64,000 bases of DNA from a virus (IMGVR_UViG_3300012942_000033:35512-99511), one strand, 5' to 3'; positions 38,311-47,646 are shown, numbered from the stretch's first letter. Numbers and translations: made by a program. The notes: generated by a model from the letters alone, not told the origin.

Positions 38311-38373
38311 TGGTTGACACCTGCCACTCCTATGTTAGTTCTGGTTTATCGGAAGACAAGGAGATCGAAAATG
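38311..38373 (+). promoter_or_regulatory. conserved promoter/leader cassette (TGGTTGACAC-N11-TATGTT ... AAGGAGATCGA-start)
   Basis: TTGACA at 38314-38319, an 11-nt spacer, TATGTT at 38331-38336, and an AAGGAGATCGA Shine-Dalgarno site before the ATG at 38371. Near-identical cassettes occur at 41057-41117 and 62271-62327. The GTTGACAC box also occurs at 43441 and 47144. Confidence 0.45.
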
Positions 38374-39507
38374 GCCGAGGGCAGAACCTACAATATCCCC
38401 GCAGTTCGTTTCGATTGGTTCAAGGCCAAGCTAGAGACTCTTGGTCGTAAGGCCAAGAAACTCAACGGTGATCGTCTGTTCTGTACGGTTGTTGGCTTCC
38501 ACAACGAGGAGGATACTGCCTCGCGTTGGCACGGTCAGAAGATCATGGAGGTCTTCGTAGCCTGCCCCGAACCCAAGCTCGAGGGTTGGGAATTTGTCGC
38601 CCGGATCGATCACGCACATGAAGTTGGCAACATCGTGCGCACCACTGGCTTGCGTAACCTTCCGGAGATTTACCGAGATCGTGGCCCCGTTTGTGATCAT
38701 TGTGGTCACAAGCGTCAGCGGCGCGATACCTTTGTGGTATTCAAGGAAGACGAGGGATTCAAGCAGGTTGGCAGCTCATGCCTTAAGGATTTCTTGGGTC
38801 ATGGTGATGCTGATCGTATAGCGAAGCTGGCTGAACTCCTGGCCAACATTCACGGTTTCATGCGTGGTTCCTATGATGGCGATATTGGCCTCCAGGATCG
38901 CCGCTACATTGACCTCGAGGATTACCTCGCCTACGTGGCTCAAGAGGTTCTCTACTACGGCTTCGTGAGTAAGAAGCTGGCCTACGAGACTGGTAAGGAA
39001 TCAACGGCTGAGCTGGCCCTGAGGAACTACCATAGCACCAAGGTTAAGCGCCCCACACAACAGCATCATGATATTGCGGCAGCGGCGCTCAATTGGGCAC
39101 AGAATCTCGACGAGACCGAGACCCAACCGCTGAACGATTACCTCCACAACGCCTGGGTGATCGCCAATACGGTAGCCATTGAAGATCGCAGCACTGGCAT
39201 TGCGGCCAGCATTGTGGGCGTATATATGCGGAACCAGCAGCCCAAGTCGACTGTAGTGAGCCAGCATATCGGCACGGTCGGTCAGAAGTTGGAGATCGAG
39301 TTGAAGGTCATCGATGCGCGCATCCTCGACAGCGGTTCCATCCTTCATACCTTCCACGATGTGGCGGGGAATGTCGTGAAGTGGTTCGCGAGCAACGCTC
39401 AGCTGGAGCGTAATCGGGTCTATAAGATCCAAGCAACCGTGAAGGCCCATAATGTCTACAAGGGCAAGAACGAGACGCTGTTGACGCGTTGTAAGGAAGC
39501 CCGGTGA
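38371..39507 (+). CDS. hypothetical protein
   Basis: Start placed at MAEGRTYNIP behind the conserved Shine-Dalgarno site. Confidence 0.55.
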   Translation: MAEGRTYNIPAVRFDWFKAKLETLGRKAKKLNGDRLFCTVVGFHNEEDTASRWHGQKIMEVFVACPEPKLEGWEFVARIDHAHEVGNIVRTTGLRNLPEIYRDRGPVCDHCGHKRQRRDTFVVFKEDEGFKQVGSSCLKDFLGHGDADRIAKLAELLANIHGFMRGSYDGDIGLQDRRYIDLEDYLAYVAQEVLYYGFVSKKLAYETGKESTAELALRNYHSTKVKRPTQQHHDIAAAALNWAQNLDETETQPLNDYLHNAWVIANTVAIEDRSTGIAASIVGVYMRNQQPKSTVVSQHIGTVGQKLEIELKVIDARILDSGSILHTFHDVAGNVVKWFASNAQLERNRVYKIQATVKAHNVYKGKNETLLTRCKEAR

Positions 39508-40247
39508 TTCACAATCGGCTCTGGAACGAGCACACCGAGTCATGGGCCTACATGCGGGAGCTCTACAACATCTTCTTTGAACATACCAAGGATATGAACT
39601 ACCTGACCAATGGTAATGCCTGGCAGGGTATGAAGCTGATCTCGGATCAATACACCAGGAACCGTGCCGAGTTCCAGTCGCTCAGTGATCCTAATCAAAT
39701 CCCCGCATGGTTGAAGGTAAACCAACATCGCCTCTTCAATGTGCCACTGATCCAATGCGAGAAAGACCGTAAGCCCACCAAGTTTGATCGCTTCGAGTTC
39801 GTGACCTTCAAGGAAGAAGAGCAGCTAGATCACCGGTTCTATTTCGGCAACTCCTCGATAGAGGAAGACATCAAAGGGCCAGGATACCAGGGCGATCTGA
39901 GGGTCTACATTCCATACAAGACTCTGAGATACGATGATACAGCGGTCAAGTGGGCCCTGGCTAGCATGGGCATCTACACCTTTGAAATGGTCTACGGTTC
40001 GAATGATCAGGGCCGTTACCTAGATGCACTATTTGTCATGCTGGCCAGGGATTGGCACTTCAAGGTTGATTTCGCTGATTGGCAGATCCGAGGTAGTCGG
40101 GCTGGTAAACCAAACCCTCTTTTCGATGATCTGACCGATGAAGAATATGATCAGCTCTCCGAAGAGGAGAAGGATCAGGTCGACTTACACGAGCGACTCT
40201 GGGAAATTGAAGAAGGCTATCATGATGACGAGGATGATCGGTTATGA
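39504..40247 (+). CDS. hypothetical protein
   Basis: 247-aa ORF with an acidic C-terminus. Confidence 0.5.
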   Translation: MIHNRLWNEHTESWAYMRELYNIFFEHTKDMNYLTNGNAWQGMKLISDQYTRNRAEFQSLSDPNQIPAWLKVNQHRLFNVPLIQCEKDRKPTKFDRFEFVTFKEEEQLDHRFYFGNSSIEEDIKGPGYQGDLRVYIPYKTLRYDDTAVKWALASMGIYTFEMVYGSNDQGRYLDALFVMLARDWHFKVDFADWQIRGSRAGKPNPLFDDLTDEEYDQLSEEEKDQVDLHERLWEIEEGYHDDEDDRL

Positions 40248-40456
40248 TTGATCAGATGTCGCCTCATATCGTGGTAAGGATATCATCGACCAAACGGATT
40301 GCCAATCTCCGTCGTTGGCTCACGGATAAGAATCTCCGTCTTGGTGAGGATTACGAGTATTATGGCAAGTCAGGTAAAGAGACGATTGCCTTTGGCTTTC
40401 CGGAAGCCAGGAAGCAGATGGCTTTCATGTTCAAGTTGACCTTCGGTGGCCAATAG
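40244..40456 (+). CDS. FKL-WG family small protein (C-terminal AFMFKLTFGGQ)
   Basis: 70 aa; the C-terminus carries the family motif. Confidence 0.5.
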   Translation: MIDQMSPHIVVRISSTKRIANLRRWLTDKNLRLGEDYEYYGKSGKETIAFGFPEARKQMAFMFKLTFGGQ

Positions 40457-40470
40457 AGTAGAGCCATCCT

Positions 40471-41055
40471 ATGGATCGAATTACTACAGGTGAGCCTTAC
40501 GGTAAGTTGATTCATCGCCATGTCAGTCGTAAATGGCAGACACCTGAACTCAAGGAATGGTGGTATTCAAAGTTCACTATGAGCCTGCGCAAGAAACTAG
40601 CCAAACTACATCATCGCCAGAATGGTCTTTGTATCTTCTGTGGCTGTGAAACCTGGCTCGCCATTGAGGGCGTAAAGAAACAGAACCCACCACCTGGAAT
40701 GCTATTAAAACAAATGGCTACTGCGGATCACAAGATTCCTCAGAGTCTCGGTGGCACTAACCGGATGACCAACCTGGCCATGGCGTGTATCCGTTGTAAC
40801 AATGATCGACAGACCACGCCATTTGAGGAATTTCTTGAAGTTCGTCAGGATCCAGTGAAATGGAAGGCTCGCAATCGTAAGCTCACCGCCAAGTATCAAC
40901 AGAATGCGGCCAAGCGTAAGAAGAATTCAGAGGCTCGCCGTAATGCTTTGGTCTGGAAGCTGGCGGTGTTATTCTACCTTCGGCCCGATCTTATACCAAC
41001 CGAAGAAGATATGGCAAGAGAATACGAACGACGAGCACGATACCGACGCCGATAA
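40471..41055 (+). CDS. HNH endonuclease
   Basis: CIFCGC...ADHKIPQSLGG...NLAMACIRCNNDRQ matches the HNH motif with a zinc-binding Cys pair. Confidence 0.7.
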   Translation: MDRITTGEPYGKLIHRHVSRKWQTPELKEWWYSKFTMSLRKKLAKLHHRQNGLCIFCGCETWLAIEGVKKQNPPPGMLLKQMATADHKIPQSLGGTNRMTNLAMACIRCNNDRQTTPFEEFLEVRQDPVKWKARNRKLTAKYQQNAAKRKKNSEARRNALVWKLAVLFYLRPDLIPTEEDMAREYERRARYRRR

Positions 41056-41056
41056 C

Positions 41057-41117
41057 TGGTTGACACTCACCAGTCTGGTGCTAGATCTAGCCTTGAGACA
41101 ACAAGGAGATCGACGTG
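41057..41117 (+). promoter_or_regulatory. conserved promoter/leader cassette (second copy)
   Basis: TGGTTGACAC...ACAAGGAGATCGAC-GTG. The -10-like element is weaker here (GGTGCT). Confidence 0.35.
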
Positions 41118-42242
41118 CTGAATAAGCTGATGACACCGGAGACGAAGAAGCTGAGCAAGGCCTTTGACATGGCCGGCTTCGAAATCCGTTTCGTCGGCGG
41201 CTGCGTTCGGGACGTTCTGCTGGGTGTTGAACCCAAGGATGTGGATTTCTGCACTGACGCCACTCCTGACGAGATGCGCGATATCGCGGTAATCAACAAG
41301 TTCAAGTTCCTGCCCACTGGCATCGATCACGGCACCGCAACCATCGTAGTTGATGGTGAGCCCTTTGAGGTCACCACCCTGCGCGTTGATGCGGAGACTG
41401 ATGGTCGTCATGCCAAGGTCGAGTTCACCAGGGATTTTGAACTGGATGCCGAGAGGCGTGACCTGACCATCAACGCAATGTCGATGGATACAAAGGGCAA
41501 TCTCTTCGACTATTTCGGTGGCCAGGAGGATCTGAAGAACAAGGTCGTGCGGTTCGTCGGTGATGCGAAGACGCGCATCGAGGAGGATTACCTGCGTATC
41601 CTGCGTTACTTCCGTTTCGCGGCTCGGTTCGATGCACAGATGGATCAGGAGACGCTGGATATCTTCAGCGATCCTGAAGTGCTGGCTGGTCTGAATCGAG
41701 TTAGTGTTGAGCGGTTCTGGTTGGAGATGTCAAAGCTGCTGACCTATAGCGCTCGGGTGCGAGTCATGGAGGCTATCTTTGGCACTGGCGTCAATGCTTC
41801 GTTGAATCTGTTTCGGTTCGAGCCCAATGAGCTGAGCCGGGCCGATGATGCGGTGGCCGCATTGGCAACGCTGATCTCGAGCGACGACGAGGAGCGGTTC
41901 TTCCAAATCTGGAAGATGAGCTCTCCGGAGGAGGCAAAGGTTCGCAACATGATCCGTAACCGCGGTGGGTTCCTGGATGAAGTGCGCGTTGAGGTCATGC
42001 TGACCCGCGATAAGTTCCCCAGGGATCACGTGGTGAGCCTGGCTCTGGTCGCCAGTGAGCCCACGCTGGCTCAACATGCTAGGGATTTTGTTGTTCCGAC
42101 CTTCCCCATTACGGGTAAGGATCTGATGGGTGTTGGTATGGCTCCAGGCCCACAGATGGGTCAGCGCCTGCGTCGGATGGAAGCAGCCTGGGTTGATAGC
42201 CGGTGGAACCTGGCCAAGGAAGCCCTGATGGAGATCGAGTAA
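41115..42242 (+). CDS. CCA-adding tRNA nucleotidyltransferase / poly(A) polymerase family protein
   Basis: Class II nucleotidyltransferase head motifs: FVGGCVRDVLLG, DVDFCTDATPDE, GIDHGTATIV, RRDLTINAMS. GTG start. Confidence 0.8.
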   Translation: MLNKLMTPETKKLSKAFDMAGFEIRFVGGCVRDVLLGVEPKDVDFCTDATPDEMRDIAVINKFKFLPTGIDHGTATIVVDGEPFEVTTLRVDAETDGRHAKVEFTRDFELDAERRDLTINAMSMDTKGNLFDYFGGQEDLKNKVVRFVGDAKTRIEEDYLRILRYFRFAARFDAQMDQETLDIFSDPEVLAGLNRVSVERFWLEMSKLLTYSARVRVMEAIFGTGVNASLNLFRFEPNELSRADDAVAALATLISSDDEERFFQIWKMSSPEEAKVRNMIRNRGGFLDEVRVEVMLTRDKFPRDHVVSLALVASEPTLAQHARDFVVPTFPITGKDLMGVGMAPGPQMGQRLRRMEAAWVDSRWNLAKEALMEIE

Positions 42243-42526
42243 TGGCTCGAATCACCTTCGAGGAATATCAGGCCCAACTGGAAGAGCGCACACGCGAAAG
42301 CATCTGCGTCATTCTGGTTGGGTTTGATCATATGATCAAACAGACTGATCCTCAATGGCCCGATACCTTCCGTTGGATAGCGGGACCTGAGATTGAGGCG
42401 TTCTTCAAGCGGCACGGGATCAAGAAGCTCGTGATTCGCAATTCCGATGAGCCCAACGAGACGAGCTACTATTTCTCCAAAGATCACGCGGATATCGCCA
42501 CGCTTTTTAAACTAACCTTTGGCTGA
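42242..42526 (+). CDS. FKL-WG family small protein (ATLFKLTFG)
   Basis: TAATG overlap with the CCA-enzyme gene; C-terminal family motif. Confidence 0.5.
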   Translation: MARITFEEYQAQLEERTRESICVILVGFDHMIKQTDPQWPDTFRWIAGPEIEAFFKRHGIKKLVIRNSDEPNETSYYFSKDHADIATLFKLTFG

Positions 42527-42529
42527 ACA

Positions 42530-42826
42530 ATGAGTGAGGTTCAATTCATCATTAGGGTTGATGATTCGACCCTCCTCGACCACAATGCGACTCTTCGCAC
42601 TGAAGTAGTGGAGTGGCTGAACGATGTGGCAGGCCAGGTGAAATGCGATCGCCGGCACGTTCATTTCATAACCAGCCCACCCAATTGGTGGTATGAACGT
42701 CATCCTAGAACTGATATCGGATTTACCACGCTCACTAGGATGGCTATTCAAGCGGAGCAGACCTGGGACGTATTCACGTTCATCGATCCGAAGCTCGCCC
42801 TCTTATTCAAACTGGCCTGGTTATGA
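42530..42826 (+). CDS. FKL-WG family small protein (ALLFKLAWL)
   Basis: C-terminal motif; tandem array member. Confidence 0.5.
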   Translation: MSEVQFIIRVDDSTLLDHNATLRTEVVEWLNDVAGQVKCDRRHVHFITSPPNWWYERHPRTDIGFTTLTRMAIQAEQTWDVFTFIDPKLALLFKLAWL

Positions 42827-43149
42827 CATTCAATAGCAAGATGGAACCTGGTCCTTGGTATGCTGATGGTATTGAAGTTGGTGTGGATGATGTGCCAGAG
42901 GATGACCTCCTCTACACTGTTACCCTACGAGCTAATAACAGGGCTATACGGCGTGATGATGTCTACAACATGCCTGTGCCTAGCTTGGCCCTTACAACCT
43001 GGCTTAAAGCTAGGAATCGTGCGGATGAACGGATTCGCATGTCGCAATATGAGTTGATCGATGATCAACAAGGTGAGCCTTATTTCGTAGTTCACTTCCA
43101 CTTTGAGGATAAGGATCTCGCTATGCTCTTCAAGCTGGTATGGGCATGA
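42823..43149 (+). CDS. FKL-WG family small protein (AMLFKLVWA)
   Basis: C-terminal motif; ATGA overlap. Confidence 0.5.
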   Translation: MTFNSKMEPGPWYADGIEVGVDDVPEDDLLYTVTLRANNRAIRRDDVYNMPVPSLALTTWLKARNRADERIRMSQYELIDDQQGEPYFVVHFHFEDKDLAMLFKLVWA

Positions 43150-43445
43150 TTAGGGGATATCATACACTCACTGAACTTGAGAACCAGGTTCGATCTCTCG
43201 TAGATAGGCTCGCTCTAACCAAGGATACCAAATACCATCGAGGAGCTCGCTTTGATTACAAGATCCAGCCAGACTGGAAGGCCATGTATAAGTTCAGGAG
43301 AGCCAACACGGCCAGACGCACATGTCTGCTGATCAATTGGTGTGACAAGCATTGCCAGGGTGATTACTCATATGATGGCCTGCCCGTAGGATTTAGCTTC
43401 AAGGTCAAGAGCGATGCCATGCTATTCAAGCTAGCTTGGGGTTGA
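43140..43445 (+). CDS. FKL-WG family small protein (WCDKHCQGDY plus AMLFKLAWG)
   Basis: Carries both the central W-C-x-x-H-C-x-G-D-Y motif and the C-terminal motif. Confidence 0.6.
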   Translation: MGMIRGYHTLTELENQVRSLVDRLALTKDTKYHRGARFDYKIQPDWKAMYKFRRANTARRTCLLINWCDKHCQGDYSYDGLPVGFSFKVKSDAMLFKLAWG

Positions 43446-43475
43446 CACTTAACAGGAATATGGTAGACACCTGGT

Positions 43476-43835
43476 ATGTATGATATTGAAGTGATCGACG
43501 GCCACAATTACGCGATAATCAACGAGGGGTCACCCTCGTATGAATTCCTGAAGGCCATGAACGCCAAGCTGGTCATGAAAAAGCTGGCAAGTGAACCAGG
43601 CGAGAAGATCTACCTGACCGCCAGTGAAGTCGGCCAACTTTGCCGAGGCTTCCAACGCAAAGACCTCAAGCGCCTGATGGATGTGGATCTGATTGAATAT
43701 GATCGTGAGCGGGTCTTTGAGGTATCAACCTCGACCTCCTACTATGAGGAATCCTACACCTTCACAGATTACGGCCTCGAGGTGATGAAGTTTATCAAGG
43801 CCGAAGGTGGTGATGTGGAGATCCGCCTCAACTAG
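43476..43835 (+). CDS. hypothetical protein
   Basis: 119-aa ORF preceded by a TTGACAC-N11-TATGGT motif (43443-43465). Confidence 0.5.
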   Translation: MYDIEVIDGHNYAIINEGSPSYEFLKAMNAKLVMKKLASEPGEKIYLTASEVGQLCRGFQRKDLKRLMDVDLIEYDRERVFEVSTSTSYYEESYTFTDYGLEVMKFIKAEGGDVEIRLN

Positions 43836-44104
43836 CGATTATCCCCAAGAGGGTGATCTGGCACTACATCACAATCGCGTTGGATACAAAGCATACAAGC
43901 GTTGTAAGGCCGGGCCGCACTGGTAATGGCTTGGATCAGACTTTCTCTGAAGTCAACGAAAGCGGAATACAGACTGGTGTTGATCATCTGACTAATGATT
44001 GGTTCGAGTTGACCATTGTAGTAACCTGAACCAGAGGGTATAGCCATAGACCTGATCACATCAGCAAGTGCATCAGCGTCTACGTATCTCTTTTCTTCAA
44101 CCAT
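43832..44104 (-). CDS. hypothetical protein
   Basis: 90-aa ORF. Confidence 0.4.
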   Translation of the reverse strand: MVEEKRYVDADALADVIRSMAIPSGSGYYNGQLEPIISQMINTSLYSAFVDFRESLIQAITSAARPYNACMLCIQRDCDVVPDHPLGDNR

Positions 44105-44460
44105 ACTTCCCAGGCTCCTCCGCCCCTTAAACTGTTGATCGATCTAACATGGGGATGATCAGCAAACCATCGGGGAAATTCATCATGAATCTGGCCACTA
44201 AGGCCAGTGATCACAATGACGTATTTGAAACCCTTCAGATACGCATCCTCGACATGTGACTTAGCTCTGACATACGCATCGTGTAAGAATGCCCCGTGGA
44301 GGTCCAAGACGGGCCTAAACGAGCTATTAAGTGGTTGGGGCTGTTGAACTCTGGATAGGGTCTCTACGGGGCTCACAGGGGAAGAGTCGAGGGGGCGAAT
44401 AGTCTTGGTGACCCTCCTCCAAAGTTCACTCTCCTCCTTAGTGAGCTTCCGCATTAGCAA
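44080..44460 (-). CDS. Smr domain protein
   Basis: LDLHGAFLHDAYVRAKSHVEDAYLKGFKYVIVITGLSGQ resembles the Smr (small MutS-related) domain, LDLHG...ItGkG. Confidence 0.5.
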   Translation of the reverse strand: MLMRKLTKEESELWRRVTKTIRPLDSSPVSPVETLSRVQQPQPLNSSFRPVLDLHGAFLHDAYVRAKSHVEDAYLKGFKYVIVITGLSGQIHDEFPRWFADHPHVRSINSLRGGGAWEVWLKKRDT

Positions 44461-45002
44461 CCCGCATCCCCGCGATAGATTTCATCCTCGACTTCTGTAA
44501 CATCAGGGTTAGGGTCTGTCAGCTTTGATATTGCTTCATCGACTGACATGAAGCCTGGCGTGGGTTCAGGGGCTGGTTCATCAGCCTTTGCCGGTGTCAC
44601 AACGTCAATGCTGTTGAAGGCCCATTCCATATCATGAACCACAAAACTACTATCTCCATAATCCAGAGTTAGATCATACTTTGTGAGCTCCAAGCCATTT
44701 GGTAGAAGGCCGAAATACACTCCATCTTGGCCACCATCCATCATCTCAAGGATGAAGGTCTTGGATAGGCCGAACCTTTGAGCAGCGATGAATGCCTCGC
44801 CCTGGATGGTAGCGCGTATCTTCGTCTTGATCTTCTGGTTCACAAAGTCAATGTCAATGCGGTAGATGTTCTGGGTCACCAATGGATCACATTGAGCAAT
44901 CCGAAAACGGTATCTGTAGAGTGGCGCTATAATGCCACTCATCTTACCTCCACCCAGGGGCACACCATATTTGGATAGGTTGGTCATAAGAGTCTCCTTC
45001 AA
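44454..45002 (-). CDS. hypothetical protein
   Basis: 182-aa ORF. Confidence 0.5.
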   Translation of the reverse strand: MKETLMTNLSKYGVPLGGGKMSGIIAPLYRYRFRIAQCDPLVTQNIYRIDIDFVNQKIKTKIRATIQGEAFIAAQRFGLSKTFILEMMDGGQDGVYFGLLPNGLELTKYDLTLDYGDSSFVVHDMEWAFNSIDVVTPAKADEPAPEPTPGFMSVDEAISKLTDPNPDVTEVEDEIYRGDAGC

Positions 45003-45132
45003 TATACACCCTATTTAACTGGCCTATAAACCACGCATTTATTGACTCTGGCTCACCAGTTCTGTAGATAAGCATATATAGAGGCCACCGACTCACCCCT
45101 CTCAAAAGATTCTGCGTCGCAAGAAGAGCCAA

Positions 45133-45810
45133 ATGGCCAAGAGAGCAGAAATGCCTAAATATCAATCGACAAAGACCTACGGCACTGATCGTGGTCTCTC
45201 CTGTTGCTTTCGCCAGTGGAAAGCAGATCATTCCCATTGTTCCACTCTTCATGGATACAGCCTGGGCTTTAAGTTCACCTTTGAGTCTGAGACACTTGAT
45301 GAAAAGAACTGGTGTTTTGATTTCGGAGGTATGAAGCCGATCAAAGCCTACTTGGATTACATGTTTGACCATACCATTCTGGTAGCGGAGGATGATCCAG
45401 CTCTTGAAGTTTTCAAGACTCTGGCGGCATTCTCGACAAAGGAAGAATTCAACGGAACAACCGATCATATTGGCTACCAGGAACCAACCCCTTACTCTCT
45501 AGGTCGGGTTTGTGATCTCCGTATCGTTCCTGGAGTGGGTTGTGAGCTCACGGCTAAGATGGTTTATGAGAAGACCGTTGAACTGTTGGAACAGATGAAG
45601 ACTGGTGATCTAGGCCGTTATACGGTCAATCCAGATGTGCGCCTAGTCAGCGTTGAATGCTTTGAGCATTCTTCGAATAGCGCCATCTACTATGGTGAGA
45701 ATGACCGAAAGGTTTTCGCCGTTGATGTTGGTAATCAGACTACTGAAGACCTAGCTTTCTTCACCAAGAAATTGGCAGAGGGATTAGCCGTTCCACCACT
45801 TGGTGAGTAA
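45133..45810 (+). CDS. 6-pyruvoyl-tetrahydropterin synthase / QueD-like protein
   Basis: HCSTLHGYS (CxxxHG[HY]) and FDFGGMKPIKAYLDYMFDHTIL resemble PTPS/QueD motifs. Confidence 0.5.
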   Translation: MAKRAEMPKYQSTKTYGTDRGLSCCFRQWKADHSHCSTLHGYSLGFKFTFESETLDEKNWCFDFGGMKPIKAYLDYMFDHTILVAEDDPALEVFKTLAAFSTKEEFNGTTDHIGYQEPTPYSLGRVCDLRIVPGVGCELTAKMVYEKTVELLEQMKTGDLGRYTVNPDVRLVSVECFEHSSNSAIYYGENDRKVFAVDVGNQTTEDLAFFTKKLAEGLAVPPLGE

Positions 45811-45831
45811 TCCACATACACTAGAGACAAA

Positions 45832-45862
45832 GACCCCCGCCTAAGGCGGGGGTCGTCCTTTC
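45832..45862. terminator. bidirectional terminator
   Basis: AAAGACCCCCGCC-TAAG-GGCGGGGGTCGTCCTTT lies between convergent genes. Confidence 0.65.
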
Positions 45863-45885
45863 ACGTTAGAGTCTATGGGCAAACC

Positions 45886-46431
45886 CTATCTACCGCCGGG
45901 TAGACTCGCAAACACATGGGCTCCGATACGGATCTTATTAACTAAGCGTTGGGTCCAAGAAAACTTCAACCGTGCCTGGTAGAAGAACGTAGAACCATCC
46001 GTAGGGTCATTCACTTTCTCCCCACTAATGAGTAAGACCGCTTTGCGTTGGCTTTCGAGCCATGCTGCCTTCTCATGTGGAATTTGTGCTCTCAATGGCC
46101 ACCTAGTCCAAGAAAATTGCCCTGGAGACCACACGACATCGCATACAGTATTGGCATTGAATGCGTCATGGTGAGTTCTGTTTAGGGTAACAAATCCAAC
46201 TGCCCATTGATCTCGAGAAGTTCCTCCTCGGATCTCATGATAGATGTTGAGTGCCATACACAACATCTGATCCTGATCGGTCGGGTCGGCTTGCTCAATT
46301 TGTGGGTCTATATCCCCTTGAGCCCTGACCGCACTGAGTAGCGCTTGGTATCTAGGTAGTGTCTCCGCTGCGGCTTGGTTGGGCGTTAGCCATAGAGACA
46401 TGAGGAGCACCAATGCTCCTAAAAATTTCAA
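45886..46431 (-). CDS. secreted SleB-type cell-wall hydrolase (candidate endolysin or spanin-region lysin)
   Basis: N-terminal signal peptide (MKFLGALVLLMSLWLTPNQAAA). Hydrolase_2-like core (ALNIYHEIRGG...AVGFVTLNRT...VCDVVWSPGQFSW). Confidence 0.6.
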   Translation of the reverse strand: MKFLGALVLLMSLWLTPNQAAAETLPRYQALLSAVRAQGDIDPQIEQADPTDQDQMLCMALNIYHEIRGGTSRDQWAVGFVTLNRTHHDAFNANTVCDVVWSPGQFSWTRWPLRAQIPHEKAAWLESQRKAVLLISGEKVNDPTDGSTFFYQARLKFSWTQRLVNKIRIGAHVFASLPGGR

Positions 46432-46500
46432 CCATCACCTCATTCATTGTTAATCCGATCTCCCCTTATACCCTGGAGAAGGGTGGTCCGTCAACTCAGC

Positions 46501-47106
46501 TTATAGGTTATGTCTATCTTCCAAGCTGAGTAGTTGTTCTCCTACGATGAGTTTGAAGAGCAACACGTCGTTTAATTTATCCAGGTAGAGGAACGTTCTG
46601 GGGCTGGTGACGAGTTTTACGGGGCCGGATAGCTTATCCAGTTCGGTTAGATTCTGAGGATCCAACCCCCACTTTGGGTCTTTGAATCCAAAACGATAGC
46701 CATACTCTCCGTAGAACTTCCCCTTGGGGCGAGGTTTGGGGAGGCCGAGATGCCAACATGTACGATCAACGATACGCACATGATTGAAGGTGAACATGAC
46801 CTGATGGCGGATGAACCAGCGAAGAACCTCAGGATCGTTGGAGAAGACGTTGAACTGATAGATTCGCTGATTGGATTGTAGGGCGATATCCTTGGCCATC
46901 AGATCGCTAAGGATGAGATCCTTGACCTGTTGCCAATCACCCCAATGAGTGATTTTCAATGATATGCCAAGGCCATAGGCGTACTGACCGAAGAATAGCG
47001 GTCTGCGCACTGTTTCGATCTGTGAATCCTCTACAAGATAACGTGCCATCAGTGCATCGCACGCCTTTTGGATTCTTTGTTCAAACGTCCAAGGCATACC
47101 CACCAT
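46501..47106 (-). CDS. hypothetical protein with an FKL-like motif (NDVLLFKLIVGEQ)
   Basis: 201 aa. The motif near the C-terminus resembles SDVLMFKLTWGGEQ of ORF 50883..51260. Confidence 0.45.
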   Translation of the reverse strand: MVGMPWTFEQRIQKACDALMARYLVEDSQIETVRRPLFFGQYAYGLGISLKITHWGDWQQVKDLILSDLMAKDIALQSNQRIYQFNVFSNDPEVLRWFIRHQVMFTFNHVRIVDRTCWHLGLPKPRPKGKFYGEYGYRFGFKDPKWGLDPQNLTELDKLSGPVKLVTSPRTFLYLDKLNDVLLFKLIVGEQLLSLEDRHNL

Positions 47107-47193
47107 GTAGCATTAGGTTGGGTTAAGGGCAAGGTATTTACCGCGTTGACACCTGGCTCATAGGTGTTAAAGCGGAGAGAATAAGGAGTTACG

Positions 47194-47646
47194 ATGGCTT
47201 TGGTTGATCCAGAACGACCGGAAGATCAGATGGCTTTACTCGATGAAGCCAGCATCTACTTCCTGCGAGCAATCAAGCAGCATTATACCCGAGATACATC
47301 ACTTGATGTAATGGAAGCCCTTACGCCCATTCTGGGTAAGGATTGGAAGGGGCGGATCATCTTTGGTCTGATGGCGAATAAGCACCAGGCCATTAGGGCT
47401 ATCAGTATTAACCGTATGACTGCCCCTGCACTTGTGAATAAGATCAAGGCAATCAAGGAAGTTCGAGCAATCAGTCGGTTGGGTCTCGTTGAAGCTAAGA
47501 CTCTTGTTGAGGCGGCGTATGAGCGCTCACAGGTTGTTAAGGTGGCTGAGCAGCCCGAAACCATGTCTCAGGATAGTTGGAATCTGATCCTAAGCAATAG
47601 TATCAACGCCATCAAGGATGCTGGCTTTAGAGTGGAGATCTCATGA
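47194..47646 (+). CDS. hypothetical protein
   Basis: 150-aa ORF with a GTTGACAC box upstream (47144-47152). Confidence 0.5.
   Translation: MALVDPERPEDQMALLDEASIYFLRAIKQHYTRDTSLDVMEALTPILGKDWKGRIIFGLMANKHQAIRAISINRMTAPALVNKIKAIKEVRAISRLGLVEAKTLVEAAYERSQVVKVAEQPETMSQDSWNLILSNSINAIKDAGFRVEIS

Noticed and set aside
44454-45002. Possible tail-tube or Hcp-like protein
   Set aside because: There is only a vague compositional resemblance and no motif I can point to, so it is left as hypothetical.
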